DNA from: Camelus ferus
Lineage: Eukaryota
Length of the DNA: 64,000 nt
Assembly: GCF_009834535.1 (NCBI RefSeq)
Contig: NC_045697.1
Location: forward strand, 84,694,001 to 84,758,000
Direction of reading: 5' to 3'
The notes under the pieces are model-generated. The model ran no database searches. It was not told where the DNA came from and saw only the letters and a program-made list of their open reading frames with translations. The position numbers and the translations under genes are program-made. Shown here one piece after another: positions 13,180 to 25,257 of the stretch; within the stretch, counting starts at the first letter, position 1, and the number at the start of each line of letters is the position of its first letter.

Positions 13180-13970
13180 CTGAAAACAAAAGAAATGTTA
13201 CAGCAAGGTCATTATCACTTTGTAATAATTAGGGAAATAAAGCAGTTAGCTGTGGCTGTAGTTTCAGTAATGGTGTAAGGTTGCAGATGTCTAAACACAG
13301 GTGTTTCTGCGTGTTTTGCTGAAAGCAGAGTAGGTACAAAGTGGCATTAAAAAATCCTTAAAATTTTACTTTTAAGAGAGAAAGCGCCTGCAAAACAAAG
13401 TATTTATGTGACAATGAAAGATACCAAACTGCGTTAATCTACTGCTGCCAAATTTCATTTCAAGAATTTGAAATGAAGACCAAATTCAGATTATATGGTT
13501 AAAGGATGTCAAAATAGGCAACTGATTGGCAGTCCAGTGCCCCAGGCAAGCCTCTCCCTGTCTCTTTTCCTCCATTTCTTCTCACAAGTCCTGTCAGGTT
13601 CTATCAGAAGGTACAACCGGCCTGGTCCAGAACAGTGCTTCCGGAAATCTAGTCCCATCACCTTCAACTCCAGATTCACCTGGGGAGGGGGCGGGGGAAG
13701 GAGGATCGGCGCTTTAAAGAAATGCTCCCGGCGAAGGGGCTGCGTCGCGAGGCAGGCCTCCGCAGCCCTAGGCCTCCTCCACCATTAGCAATGCGTCCAG
13801 AAGTCGCGCCTGCACCCGCCTCTTCCCCGATTCCTCCTGCAGGCTGAGAAGGCCTGAATTCGGGGCCACTCGGGCCCACCCGGCTTCCCCGCCTCGGAGG
13901 CCAGCCGCGGGCCTACCAGGCGGCCTGGGCTCAGTTCTTCCCGCCCTCCTGCTGCGCGAGGAGAACTTAC

Positions 13971-14043
13971 AGAAGAACTCGGCCACGATTTCGGCGCTCC
14001 CGCGCAGGGTGATGCCTTGCTCCCGGGAGAGCTGCAGCGCCAT
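13971..14043 (-). CDS. MAD2L1: MAD2L1 exon 1 coding part (73 nt), mitotic spindle assembly checkpoint protein MAD2A
   Basis: ATG at 14043-14041 in strong Kozak context (GCCATGG). Translates MALQLSREQGITLRGSAEIVAEFF plus 1 nt, matching the mammalian MAD2A N-terminus. GTAAGT donor follows at 13970. Confidence 0.98.
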
Positions 14044-14127
14044 GGCCAAGCTCACGGACGAAGGCACGCGCTTCCACCCTGCAGACAGCGACACCAGGGG
14101 CTTCCAGAGCAGTTCCCCGCCACTCGT

Positions 14128-14133
14128 TTCAAA
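14128..14133 (-). promoter_or_regulatory. CHR element (TTTGAA), DREAM/MuvB site typical of G2/M genes
   Basis: Exact TTTGAA on the minus strand ~85 nt upstream of the ATG, with an adjacent E2F-like TTCCCCGCCA at 14113-14122. Confidence 0.7.
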
Positions 14134-14163
14134 AGTAACGACGCAGGACGCCGTGGGGCTCTG

Positions 14164-14260
14164 TGCGCAGGCGCGACGAGCCTTTGGGCCCCGCCCTACG
14201 CGGGGAGGTCCTGCCCCTTTTTTCAGCCGTCGCCGGAGCCAGCTATTGGCGCAGGCGCAG
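14164..14260. promoter_or_regulatory. Two NRF1-like sites and a CCAAT (NF-Y) box
   Basis: TGCGCAGGCGCG at 14164-14175 and GCGCAGGCGCAG at 14249-14260. ATTGG at 14245-14249 reads CCAAT in gene orientation. Confidence 0.65.
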
Positions 14261-15003
14261 TGGGTAGGCAAGGTCTGTTCCTGGTAAGGAAGCTCGGGTG
14301 GATGCTTGTTGTGCACTGCGACCCAGGGAGGAAGATGCTGGATCCCGTTTTAGTGGCCGCTCCCTCCCTAGGTCTGCGGACAGAGCGAACAAGGAGCACA
14401 ATTTCTGAGTCTGAAAGATCTTTTGAAAATAATGCGAACGGTCCGCCGGCTGCACCTTGAGTGGCCCCAGTGATCCTTAGTGGGCGATGGAAACTCGCTA
14501 GATGTTTCGGGAGTTCGTAAAGCAACTGCGTGCGAGGCGGCCCAGCCACAGTGTGAGAGCGCGGCTTCTCCTGAGAAAAAGAGGGATTAAAGGGACGTTT
14601 AGAAATTAAAGAGGTGTACCGCATCCATTTCTCAGTCCCCTGTCAGTCTGGACTAAGCTCACCTCTACCCGCCCACCCCGCCGAGCCCGCTCCGAGGCTG
14701 AGTCTGGGAGCAGCAGGGGGCTGCGCCTGCTGGTCCAGTTTGAGCTCTGTACACCCTGCCCACCTTTGGGCGACTGGTCAGGAAAAAGGTGACCTCAAGT
14801 TTTTCAGTGAATTTTGACTAACAAATTTAATGACTTTTAATGTTAGGATGAGAAGTATTAAGGAGATAGTACACAGTGTTTCATGTCAATTGTGAAACAA
14901 TTTTATTCTTAAAGCAATTGGATAGGTTGTTTGTAAAATGAAGTCTGAAAAACTTAACCACTAGACATACTGTTATTTACTTATATATGAGAAAGTTCCT
15001 GAG

Positions 15004-15516
15004 TGTATTAGTTTTCTATTGCTGCATAACAGATTACCACAGATTAGTGTTTTAAAGCAAGACTTACTTATTATCTCAGTCCTTAGTTCAGGAGTCTGGG
15101 CATGGCATGGCTGGGTGCTCAGTCTCACAAGTTTGAAGTAAAGGCATCTGTCTGCACTAGAATCTGGGGTCCTTTTCTGAGCCCCTTGGTTCTTGGCAGA
15201 ATTAATATCCTTGTGGTTCTTGGACCGAGGTTCTCGTTGACTTGCTGCCTGTTGGCCAGAGGACAGGCTTGTGCTTTTGCTAGGAAGCCCTTCTGTAGGC
15301 CTTCACTTCCAGCCTCTCTGACTTCAGGGAGGTTCTTTTTAAGGGCTCATCATATTAGGTCAGACCCAGTCGGATAACTTCCTCTTTAATGAACCTAATC
15401 CTCAAAGTATTTCTCCTCATAATTACAGGTCTTGCTATACTCAAGGGGAGGTATATAAGATATGCTCCCCAGAGACCACACATTTTGGGAGCCATCTTAC
15501 AACTCTGCCTATCACA
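15004..15516 (-). mobile_element. ERVL-MaLR (MLT1) solo LTR just upstream of the MAD2L1 promoter
   Basis: TGTATTAGTTTTCTATTGCTGCATAAC... to ...GCCATCTTACAACTCTGCCTATCACA (TG..CA termini). Confidence 0.8.
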
Positions 15517-16699
15517 ATGTTATATATCAGATTTTGATCAGTTTGAGGAGTGAAACAGGTATAATAGGTAATAAGCTGACTTGACCTAGTAAAATATTTT
15601 CCTTACATCTTTTAGTCTCTGTGGTACATGTGTAATAGTGTGTTTAAATCACCATCTTTTCACTCCTTCCAACAGTATTTTGGGTTAGAGCCAGAATTCT
15701 GGCATCACTCTGGTAGGGCATGATGCTCACCCTACTCCATATAGAAATTGTCTCTTTTTCTAAGACACTACTCAGCACTTCAGGAAAGACTTCCTTCAGT
15801 TTCATAATAATACAGTTTGTGAGTTATCTGAACAAACAAGTAATTGTTAGTATGATTTTGGACATTCTGGAATTTAAAAGGCTAGCAAAATAAGTGAAAT
15901 GTCCTTGTACAGAGGAAGTATTTGTTAATGCTTTTTGTGTTCAATAAGGAGATATAAGAATTAAGGTTTAGAAGACATGGTCTGTACTTTTTGAGTTTGT
16001 AATCTAGTTTTGTTTAAACATATAAAATTTTTAAAAAGTTGAAGGCTCACATTTGATCTTACCTGGCTCTGCCTATCTGGGCAGCCATCTTTCAGTTTAC
16101 TGTCCTAATCTGCCTACTTCTTTAGTAACTTTTCCAACTCAAGGGTTTTCATAATGTGGATTCCTTTGCCCAGAAATTTCATTTTATTTTTTTAAATTTC
16201 TAATTATATTTATACTTTTTAAACTTAAATGTTAATGCATTAAAGAAACTTTCTTTGATCCCTCAGACTGTAAGTTCCTGCTCATGCTTTCTCATAGCAT
16301 CTCGTAGTGCTGTTTTAGGACATTGCTTTCATTGTTGCAATGAACACAATTACATTATCATTATTTAAAGATTTGTTTTATATATTCCTGTTTTGGCCGA
16401 GGATTCATGATGACATTTAGTGGGTACTCCAGAAATATTTGTTCCATTAATATTTTAGTATTTGCCTAGGAAAACTTCATGGAAGAACCCAAAACATTTT
16501 CCAGTTGGAGAGCAGGTTGGATGGATGAAGTGTTGCCACTTTTAGGGAGCTTTGAATACCCATCTGAGTTGACTGAACTAGAGGTACCAGGGATTTTTAA
16601 ATTCTTAGGACTGATGTAATTAAAGGGGCATTTTTTTTTCCCCCAAGTGTAGATTCTGTAATGATTGTAGAATAGATTATATACAGGACCATGTAGAGG

Positions 16700-17130
16700 G
16701 GTGGTTCTCAAACTTGAGTATATGAAAGATGACTTGGGTATTTTGCAAAATATGTAGATTCCTGGCTTCTATTCCCCCTTTTTAAAGTCTGGTTCAGTTC
16801 AGTACCACAGCCACTAACTACAGGTGACGCTTAAGTACTTGAAATGTGTTAGTCCTAATTGAGATGTACTACAAGTATAAAGTTTTTAACTGATTACATA
16901 TTAAGATGATATTATACATGCATTGGATTAAATAAAATATATTAGTGGAATAATTTCACTTTTTTGTTTCTGTTTTTTTTTTATCAATCTACCAGCACAT
17001 TTAAAATTACATAAGTGATGTGTTACATTTATATTGGACAGTGCTGGTCTACTGCATGGGCTATAAGAAATGACATGTTGTAACCAGCATTCCAAATGAT
17101 TCTGATGCAAGTTCTTAAATCACTCTTTGA
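16700..17130. mobile_element. MER5A-like element interrupted by MER33/MER3-like element (~16800-17047)
   Basis: gtggttctcaaactt start and aaatgattctgatgca end of MER5. Internal gtacttgaaatgtg..tatattggacagtgctg is typical of MER3/MER33. Confidence 0.65.
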
Positions 17131-18114
17131 AAGGCAGTAAACTGTGATGGATATTTTAGTAATGCAGGCCTAGGAGGTTGAATTGCTGGACTACATAGAT
17201 GACAGAGTTTAAATAAGAAGGTATACATCAGAGCAAGATGTTTTGAAGAAATAATTGAGTTTTGATGACTGATATGGAGGAAGAATGAAATGGAAGTACA
17301 GAATCCAAGGGGGCAAGCTTGCAATATATGGTAGTATTGGTCAGGGGATGTCAGGAAGAGCTGCTCAAGATTTGAGCTTGTCCTACTTCTTATTTATCAC
17401 TGTTAACACTCATGATTCTAGAAGCTTTGGAGGGACTTCTTTCCCATTAACTTTTGGGTACATGATTTGACATTGACCTCATCTTATCAAAATCATGCAC
17501 ACTCATCTTTACGGAAGGTTTTTTAAAAACTTGTTTTCAATTACTTGAGTTTAGTGAGTTTACTTTTGTTCATAATTCAGTGAAGTCTTTCTAATGTGTA
17601 TTGTTTAGGGGAAGATTATTCAGCCAGGGAGAAGTATAAATTAAGATATATTTCTGAATCAAATTCAAGCAGAATGTATAACTAAACAAATCAGTATTAA
17701 TAAAAGAGGTAACTATGGAAACTTAAGTCATAAACGGGCCTGTATTCCATATTATGATGCTAAAATCAGAAGTACTTGTACAAATTTCTAAAGGTAGAAT
17801 CAAATGGAATTTTGGACAGAAAATAATAACTTAGTTGGACAATCCTACAGATGAGGAAACTGAGGTCCAGAGTCACTAGATAGTCTAAGATTGAATACCT
17901 GATTAGTAGATTTGGTAGTAGGATCTAAGGTTCCTGACTTAGTTTCTCTTAAAATTATTTCTATTTGAAGACATACCGGAAAATCCTCTTATTTTTAAAA
18001 TATTAACTGGTTTTAGCCTGCATATGTTCAATAACCTCTTGACTTGACTTGCCAAGAAAATGGCCCTTACAATCCATAATGAATTTTATGCCCATACTCA
18101 AATAGTTTCAACTG

Positions 18115-18128
18115 CCACAAGATGGCAC
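18115..18128 (+). promoter_or_regulatory. Candidate CTCF site
   Basis: CCACAAGATGGCAC matches CCASYAGRKGGCRS at 13 of 14 positions. Confidence 0.45.
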
Positions 18129-19281
18129 TGTTTACACGTGAAATAATACCTTTAAACCTACAGCCTGAGAGTGTGTGTGCGCGTATGTGCTTTAGTTTAA
18201 AGTGAAATGAGTAAAAAAGAATTTAGTGATTTCTAAGGTACTTGTATATGTGGGATACATCAGAATGAAATATTGAATCATAATATATTACAGAACTGGC
18301 ATCCTTCTTTTAAACATTGTGCCTGTATGCATACACACATGCCTGAAAACATTTATTTACATTTATATTTAATTTGTGTATTTGTTTTTACATGGAAAAG
18401 ATAACATTTTAAGTAGTTGAATTATTATTCTAATAGACTTATGTCAGTTTTCCATCAAATTGCCTGATGTTATTTTATTACTTGAGTCCAATATCTTGAA
18501 ATAGAGCATTTTGTTCTAAATCAGGGGTACTTATCTTTGTGATAATTTTAATAAGACATTCACCTACTAAATTTAGATAAAAAAAAATCCTGTCCACATA
18601 GATATTTATGTCAGTTTGGGGAGCTTGCTTGCTTTCAAAGAAAGGCTGCTGTCATAAATCTTAGTTATTCTTTTTCTTATTTCATATAGATCATTTCTCA
18701 TTTGATGCTAAGAGCAAGAATTAAAATCAGAAATTTTCTACTGTGATTACTTGAGGTTTATTTTGTAGATCTAATGAATGTTTACATTTTTCATAAACTT
18801 AAAAATTAAATTGCATAATGTAAATCTCCTAAAGATCTATTTTCCCCAAATACTTTCCTCCAAAGGACTCTTTGATTGTTGACCCACATGTTCAAAATCA
18901 TAGAACAAAGTTCAATCATGACATTTTATTAATAAGCAATGGCTTAATATAGTTAACAAATATATCTCTACTTGCATAATTCATAATTTTTAATGATCCA
19001 GTTGCATATGTAGGATATTAAAATTTTATCTTTATTGAAAATTCAGTACAAATATTACTGAACCATATTAAAAAGTTCTTATAATGAGAAATATGGACTG
19101 TTCTTATCAGGAAGCATTGCTATGTTGTATTATTTAATTGTAATTCTATTATGATAGTAATATATAGTCACTTAGAAGTCTTGTGTAGATCAACAATGGT
19201 TAGACACCAGAAGGCATAATTTAAAAAGTAAGTGATAATCTTATTCATATTTAATCTCCAGAGATTCTTGGATGGAATATT

Positions 19282-19367
19282 TATATATGTGTGTGTGTGT
19301 GCATGCATATATGTGTGGGTCTAATATATATATTAATATATATATATATACACATACACACACACAT
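19282..19367. repeat. Compound TA/TG/CA microsatellite
   Basis: Visible dinucleotide runs. Confidence 0.85.
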
Positions 19368-22300
19368 GAAAAATGGGTTCTTCAATCAGTTGGAATTGAC
19401 AGCAGAGTATATTTTAAAATATAATTGCAATCAAAACAACTCAGAACAGTTTCTCATATGAAAACTACCTACATCAAGCCTCTGTGAAGAATTTAAAGCT
19501 AAGGTTGCAATTCAGTTAATAAAAACAGATTTTATTTTAAATGATTTTATAATTACATATTAAATTCAGTTAAATACTTTATGTCTATAGTACATTTTAA
19601 GCTTATTGCTTCTGAATCTTTTGTATGTAGGATTATTTTTATTATTGCTTAATATGTAAATATAGGTGAATTATTTCTACTAAATCTACCAGCTAATAAT
19701 ACAATTAAGATGCTATTTGAGTAAGTGGAGAAGTATTTTTTGAGATAGTCTGTAGACAAAGCAAAGTAAATAAGCCGTAAAGTTGGATCTTTCTCAAATA
19801 TTTGTCAGTACCATTTTATAAAACATTTATGGGAAGAGAAAGCTTTGTGAAAACATGAAAAACCACTTCACTTTAAATTTGTTTGTATTTTCCTATTTAG
19901 ATAAACGTGGCTTTTTTAACTGAAAGTTTTCTTATAACTTGCCTTGTGTTTATAGCTCATTCAAGCAATACAATGGTGAAGCCATGTTTATCAGGTTAAC
20001 AGGTCAGTCATGCACGTTAATTCTATTATTTGAGCATGACAGTGTTTTTCATTCTTGAATAATATACATAATCTGTTTAACATCAACTAACAACAAAAAG
20101 GCTTACTGAACTCCAGAGTTTTCCGTTTAATGTTGGAGATCAAATGGATTAAAAATTAAATGGTATCTTTTTATGATTGCCTGATGCCAATATGGTTATA
20201 AATACAGATGCTAACTTTTTACACCAAAATAGGTTGCATTTCTGTTTTAAGGCAGTCATCTGGATGATCCAGAATATACCTCCTTAAACCTGTGTTGAGC
20301 TATTATCAAAATAAAACAAATTTGAACTCATTTAATTAGTATATCTCCAAGAATATTCTTGTAGACCCTAGTATGAGAAACAATGGACTGTAGCCTTTAG
20401 ATACATTAAAGTTATTCACAAAATTTTGTTATTACAAGTAAGATGTAGTTATGAGTCTTTAGAATTAAAATATTATTAATAAGGTAGGTTCCTTTTTGTT
20501 TTTGGAATTTTACATTAAGATTGTTATTAATTTTGAGTTATCTTTAGTCTCCATTGAATTAGTAAGAAGTGATAATATTTATTTGGCAAGAACAGCTAAA
20601 AATACTACTGTTAACATGGAAGGAAGTTGAACATCTCAGGGACTTCGTGCTGCTATTCCTAGGATGGCTGCCTGCCTTAGGGAAAAGATCAGGGGTGTGG
20701 GAAGAGCAGGACTTTACTTAATGCTCCAAATACACTTGCCAGTGCCCTCTGGGAGACTGGAACTTGAAGCAAGGTTATTGAAAGAACTCTGGAAGTGTAA
20801 ATGTACCTTCTCTTTCTCAAAGATCTTGTTTAAAATAGTGTATCTCATCAGTAACAGAACTGAAAGTAACAGAAAAAATAATAAATACACCCTGATATAG
20901 GTTTATTTATCTCTAAATTATAGACATTTTCCACAGTATTAGGTATTGTGTGTATGTGTGTGTGTGTATTAGAAATTAAGAAAGATAAGATAAAGACATG
21001 TTTATTAAAAAATGGAAACTAGATTAATTTTACTTTCACTAAGTATATTAACTATATTAAGACTTATGTGGCTAATATATGTCCTTACTCTTAAAAATCT
21101 TGGTCTGATTATTTCTGAACAGTGATTTAAAAGTCCAATACTTATTTCAGCTTATTTTAATACTTGAGTTTTTAAACTTGTTTTTTGAGTTTTTGGTTTT
21201 TTGACCATCAGAGCTAAAAGAGATACATCACAAAGATAAGAAAATCCAAATGGAAGATGTGCATTGTTGACTTCTTATTTGTTTACCTGTATTTAGCAGT
21301 TATGCAAAGTTTCTGTCGAAAAGTGATTATTAAATTACCCATTTTCCTGGTGCTGATTAGATGTTCTTACAAACTAATTACAAATTTGTATTTTTATAAT
21401 TTTAGCAAATGGGTCTAAAAACAAAAAGTTAAGCAGCTTTGGTCCATTTCTTAAAAATATGAAAACACAGCTCCTTTCTATTAGTTTGGAACTAATTGAA
21501 TAAATTGTTTCCACCTTTTAATTGTCTTTGGAACTAATCTGTAATTTAGAAATATTATAAATAGGTTAGAAAAATTGGTTTCCAAGTTTTTTAATGTGTA
21601 GATGAAGTTTTTAAAAAATTGACACAGACATGCTCTCTCAGTAGCTTGAATGTCTTTTGAAAAACATTTACTCATTTTTTAAAAGTCACGCTTTCTTTGA
21701 AAGAACATACTGAGTGTTACTTTTTCTGAAATTCTTGTTAGATAGCACAGTACTAACAGTTAACCTGCACAGAGAAAGGACCTGTAAACTTGCAGTGGTT
21801 GAGCTTCATTTGTCTGGGATACCAGTCATCACTGGTGCCTTTCTGACATGCAGATTGTGAGGGTGTTGGTGTCAATCCATTTGTTACGTTTTAGTACAGC
21901 TTAGTTTATTTTTTAGATTAAAAAGTCAGCATAAGTGGGAATTCTAACATTTCTTCCTGTACTCCAGTGAATTGTTTTATGCACATATTATCCCACTTTG
22001 GAAATCATTGGTTTAGAGAATGTATACAGAAACCCTATTGGCTGAAGGATATGTCACCCTGAGTTGGGGATGGTAGTGGTCCTTGCTTGTCCCCTCTCCC
22101 AGGCAGACATGGAATGGATGTAGCTAGGATGGCCAACTTGCATGCCTGTGTAGAAATTTGAGTTATCATTCTTCTTTCTGGCTTCTGCCAGAACAATCCT
22201 ATGAGGAAAGCACATTATCTTCATTGGGAAGGAGTGCCCCAGACTTCTGAACCCTATTCATTCATTTTCCACTTAAGGCTGCTGAAGGGGTAAAACAAAA

Positions 22301-22519
22301 AACCAACCCTAAGAGTTTGGACAAATTCTTATGTGGCAAAAGTCTACTTGGATCACATGAAAAAGAGCTTTACTACTGGTAGCATAGAGGTGGAGTATCA
22401 TAGCATTGTCTGAAGAAGCAGGAATCTCTAAGCAACCTATCAGAAGCAGAGTTCATAGGCAAATGCTCAAGAAAAGGATGCTGAGTTAGCATGTTCTAGA
22501 AATGTTTTAGAGGCAGACT

Positions 22520-22690
22520 ATCTGGACAATGTAAGAAAAATTATCTAAGGATTTTTTCCCCTTCATTTGTAAAATGGAGGTAACAATAGTACTTGCCACA
22601 TAAAACTTTTGTAAGATACATGAGATAATGCAAGTGAAGTTTTGGCTTACTGACACTATATTATTCTTAGTATTATTGTTATTATTAGTT
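22520..22690 (+). mobile_element. MIR SINE
   Basis: cttcatttgtaaaatggaggtaacaatagtac..tgagataatgca. Confidence 0.7.
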
Positions 22691-22854
22691 ATTGTCATTA
22701 TTTAGCTAGCTTTTCCCCCCACTTTCCAATGTACCTTTCCTGGGTCTGGTCCATGTTTGGTCCAGGATAACTAAAGGAATCCTCAGATAATGCAACATAA
22801 GGCAAAGATGGGGGTGGACACTCTCTTGGCATTTTGACAAACATGATACAATAA

Positions 22855-23085
22855 TAAAAATACTAACTACCATTTACTGAGCACTTATTTTCTGCCAGGA
22901 GCTCTTCTAAGTGCTTTGTGAATTAATTTATTTAATCCCTTCATAAGCCTATGAGTTACGTATTATTACTACCTGCATTTTCACAGTGGAGGAAACTAAG
23001 TTACAGAAGGAAATTGGATAGTTTATCCAAGGTCACCCAGTTAGAAGAGTTGGAATCAAGTCCAGGCAGTTTGGATGATAGTGGC
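22855..23085 (-). mobile_element. MIR SINE
   Basis: catttactgagcactta..ctaagtgcttt..gaggaaactaag..ccaaggtcacccag. Confidence 0.8.
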
Positions 23086-24329
23086 ATGTGAATCCTGAAA
23101 ATGAGGAAGGTCTGAGTATGTTTTAAATAATCCACCCTTGTGCTCTGTCCCTCCCTCCAACCTTGATGGGAAACTCCTAAAACCTCCCATACCAATGGAA
23201 CACAGTGAACCTGAATGGCTGGAAGCCTAATATGAACCCAGCATAGAGAGAAGACCCTGGGCTTAGGATAGGGGTTGGAACAAGAGAAAGAGGCCAGGAG
23301 TGGAGGAAGAGAGAAGAGGTGGGGTCCAGGGCGAAGTATGATCTCTTCTGATTAAGCATGGGCAGGCAAAAAGGGTACCCTGAGTAGGATTGCAAGAATA
23401 GGAATGGTTTTTTATTTTGTGCACTATACGAATACTCTGGCCAAAGGGACAGAATGGTGATTTAAATCCAGCCTTCTATTCACCTTGCCATCTCTGTGGA
23501 TAGTTCCAACAAAAGGAAAGAGGATGTCCAGTACAGTAAGAATGTAAAGAGATGACAATTCTGAGAGGCATGTTGAAAATGTATTCATATGTGTTTGAAC
23601 TCTGAAGAATAACGTCTGGTATCTTGGATATCATAGTGGAATTGTATACATAGAGATGATAACTAAGTTTGTGCAATTGGATTAGTTTAGGTCAGGAAAA
23701 AAACTCGGAGAAGGATTTGAGAGTAATAACTAATAAAATGACACATGGAGGAAGAGGCAGTAAAGGAACTCAGAAGAAATGGAGAAGTAGGAGGCAAATC
23801 ATTAAGATGAATGTCCTAAAAATGAACTTAGTGAATTTGAGTTGAGTGGAAAAATATTTCAGTAGTTCAGTACACAATTCAGTAAAAATAAGAATGACTG
23901 GGAAGACATCATTAGATTTTGCACTTAAAAGATCTTTGGTGAACTACGAGGAAGCAATTTGGGTCATGCGGAGGGGATGGAAGTCTTTTGCAATGAGTTT
24001 GGAAGTCAGGGATAAGGAGATAGAAGCAAAAGCTTTGTGAGTAAGAGAAACGGAGAGTGGGGAAATAACACGAGCAACTTCTGCACTTGGGAATTTTATT
24101 TTTAGGAGTATAGAGGAAAGAGAGCCAGAAGAAATGTAAAAACTGAGGTTGGAAGTTGGAAAGGTTTCATTAATAGAGCCAGAGTCCACAGAAAACACTG
24201 GCATCAAGGACCTAAATGGAGAATAAGCCTTAAAGAGAGTTTTTTTTCTTGGGAAATGAAAATATGCAAGAAAGGAGAGGTGAGAGTATACACATTCTTA
24301 TTTTTATGAAATATTATTTGAGGATAACT

Positions 24330-24355
24330 GCGAAGATTTCCTGGACCCAATTCCT

Positions 24356-24395
<40 letters not shown>

Positions 24396-25257
24396 GCTTT
24401 TGCACACCAACAAGCAAATGCCAGCAGTGTCTGAGAATTCCACTTAATTCTGACACTATCTACCCAGATATGGAATCAGATTCCACAGGTAAAGGGCTCA
24501 GTCCCACAAGATTACCCTTCACTTGAGACACCAGTTTTAAGCCCAGATTGTTACATGTGCTTCTGACCTACTGGTCATAAATGAGAAGTTCCCTCGACCC
24601 CCTCCTCAGGTTCAATTAATATGCTAGAACGGCTCATTGAACTTGGGAAAACTTGTCTATTCACTAATTACCAATTTATTATAAAAGGATATTAAAGGAT
24701 ACAAGTCAATAGCCAGATGAAGAGATACATAGGGTGAGCTCCTGAACAAAGGAGTGTCGGTCCTCATGGAGCGTGGGGCCTGGCTCTGTGGTCTGTGAAA
24801 CATTCTGGTTCCCCTACACGGAAGCTCTCTGAAAAAGGGCAAAAACTGTCCTTTTGGGTTTTTATGGAGGCTTCATTACATAGTCATGGTTGAATAAATG
24901 ATTGGCCAATGGCAATTGATTCAACCTCCAGCCTCTCTTGTCTCCCAGGTAATCAGGAGGTGGGACTGCAAGTTCTCACCCCCTAATCACAAGGTTAGTT
25001 TTCCTGGCAACCAGCACGCGTGGGTGAGACCCAAAAGTTACCTTCCCTGTAGCTTTCTCTGGAACTGAGGACAGGAGAGCAAATACTGTCTTTTTGTTCT
25101 TATTGATCAGGAAATTCCAACGGTTTTGGGGGCTGTGATCCAGAAACTGTGGATGAAGACCAAATATATATCACTATGTATATGTATTTGGTCACCATGT
25201 ATATATGTTTATGTTTGTATTTCTCACATACATTGTTTCTCTATAAATTACAATAAC
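24330..25257 (-). mobile_element. ERV solo LTR (MER21/MER34-like) containing a (TG)n tract
   Basis: aattctgacactatctacc..aagggctcagtcccacaaga and gggtttttatggaggcttcattacatag motifs typical of this LTR group. Confidence 0.7.
24359..24392. repeat. (TG)17 microsatellite
   Basis: Perfect TG run. Confidence 0.95.

Larger units (their letters stand above)
13690..14720. promoter_or_regulatory. CpG island / MAD2L1 promoter
   Basis: The only extended GC- and CpG-dense region in the window; spans exon 1. Confidence 0.92.

Noticed and set aside
7897..14043. MAD2L1 as a true unitary pseudogene
   Set aside because: Only one lesion; the protein is otherwise near-identical to orthologues, with intact splice sites and promoter. 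Treated as a probable sequence error pending read evidence.
13768..14316. 182-aa minus-strand ORF containing MALQLSREQ...
   Set aside because: It starts at a GTG upstream of the likely TSS and reads through the exon 1 donor into intron 1. Only 13971-14043 is coding, and stop-poor frames are expected in a CpG island.
14009..14624. Overlapping ORFs on both strands in the promoter
   Set aside because: GC-rich artefacts with no recognisable protein similarity.
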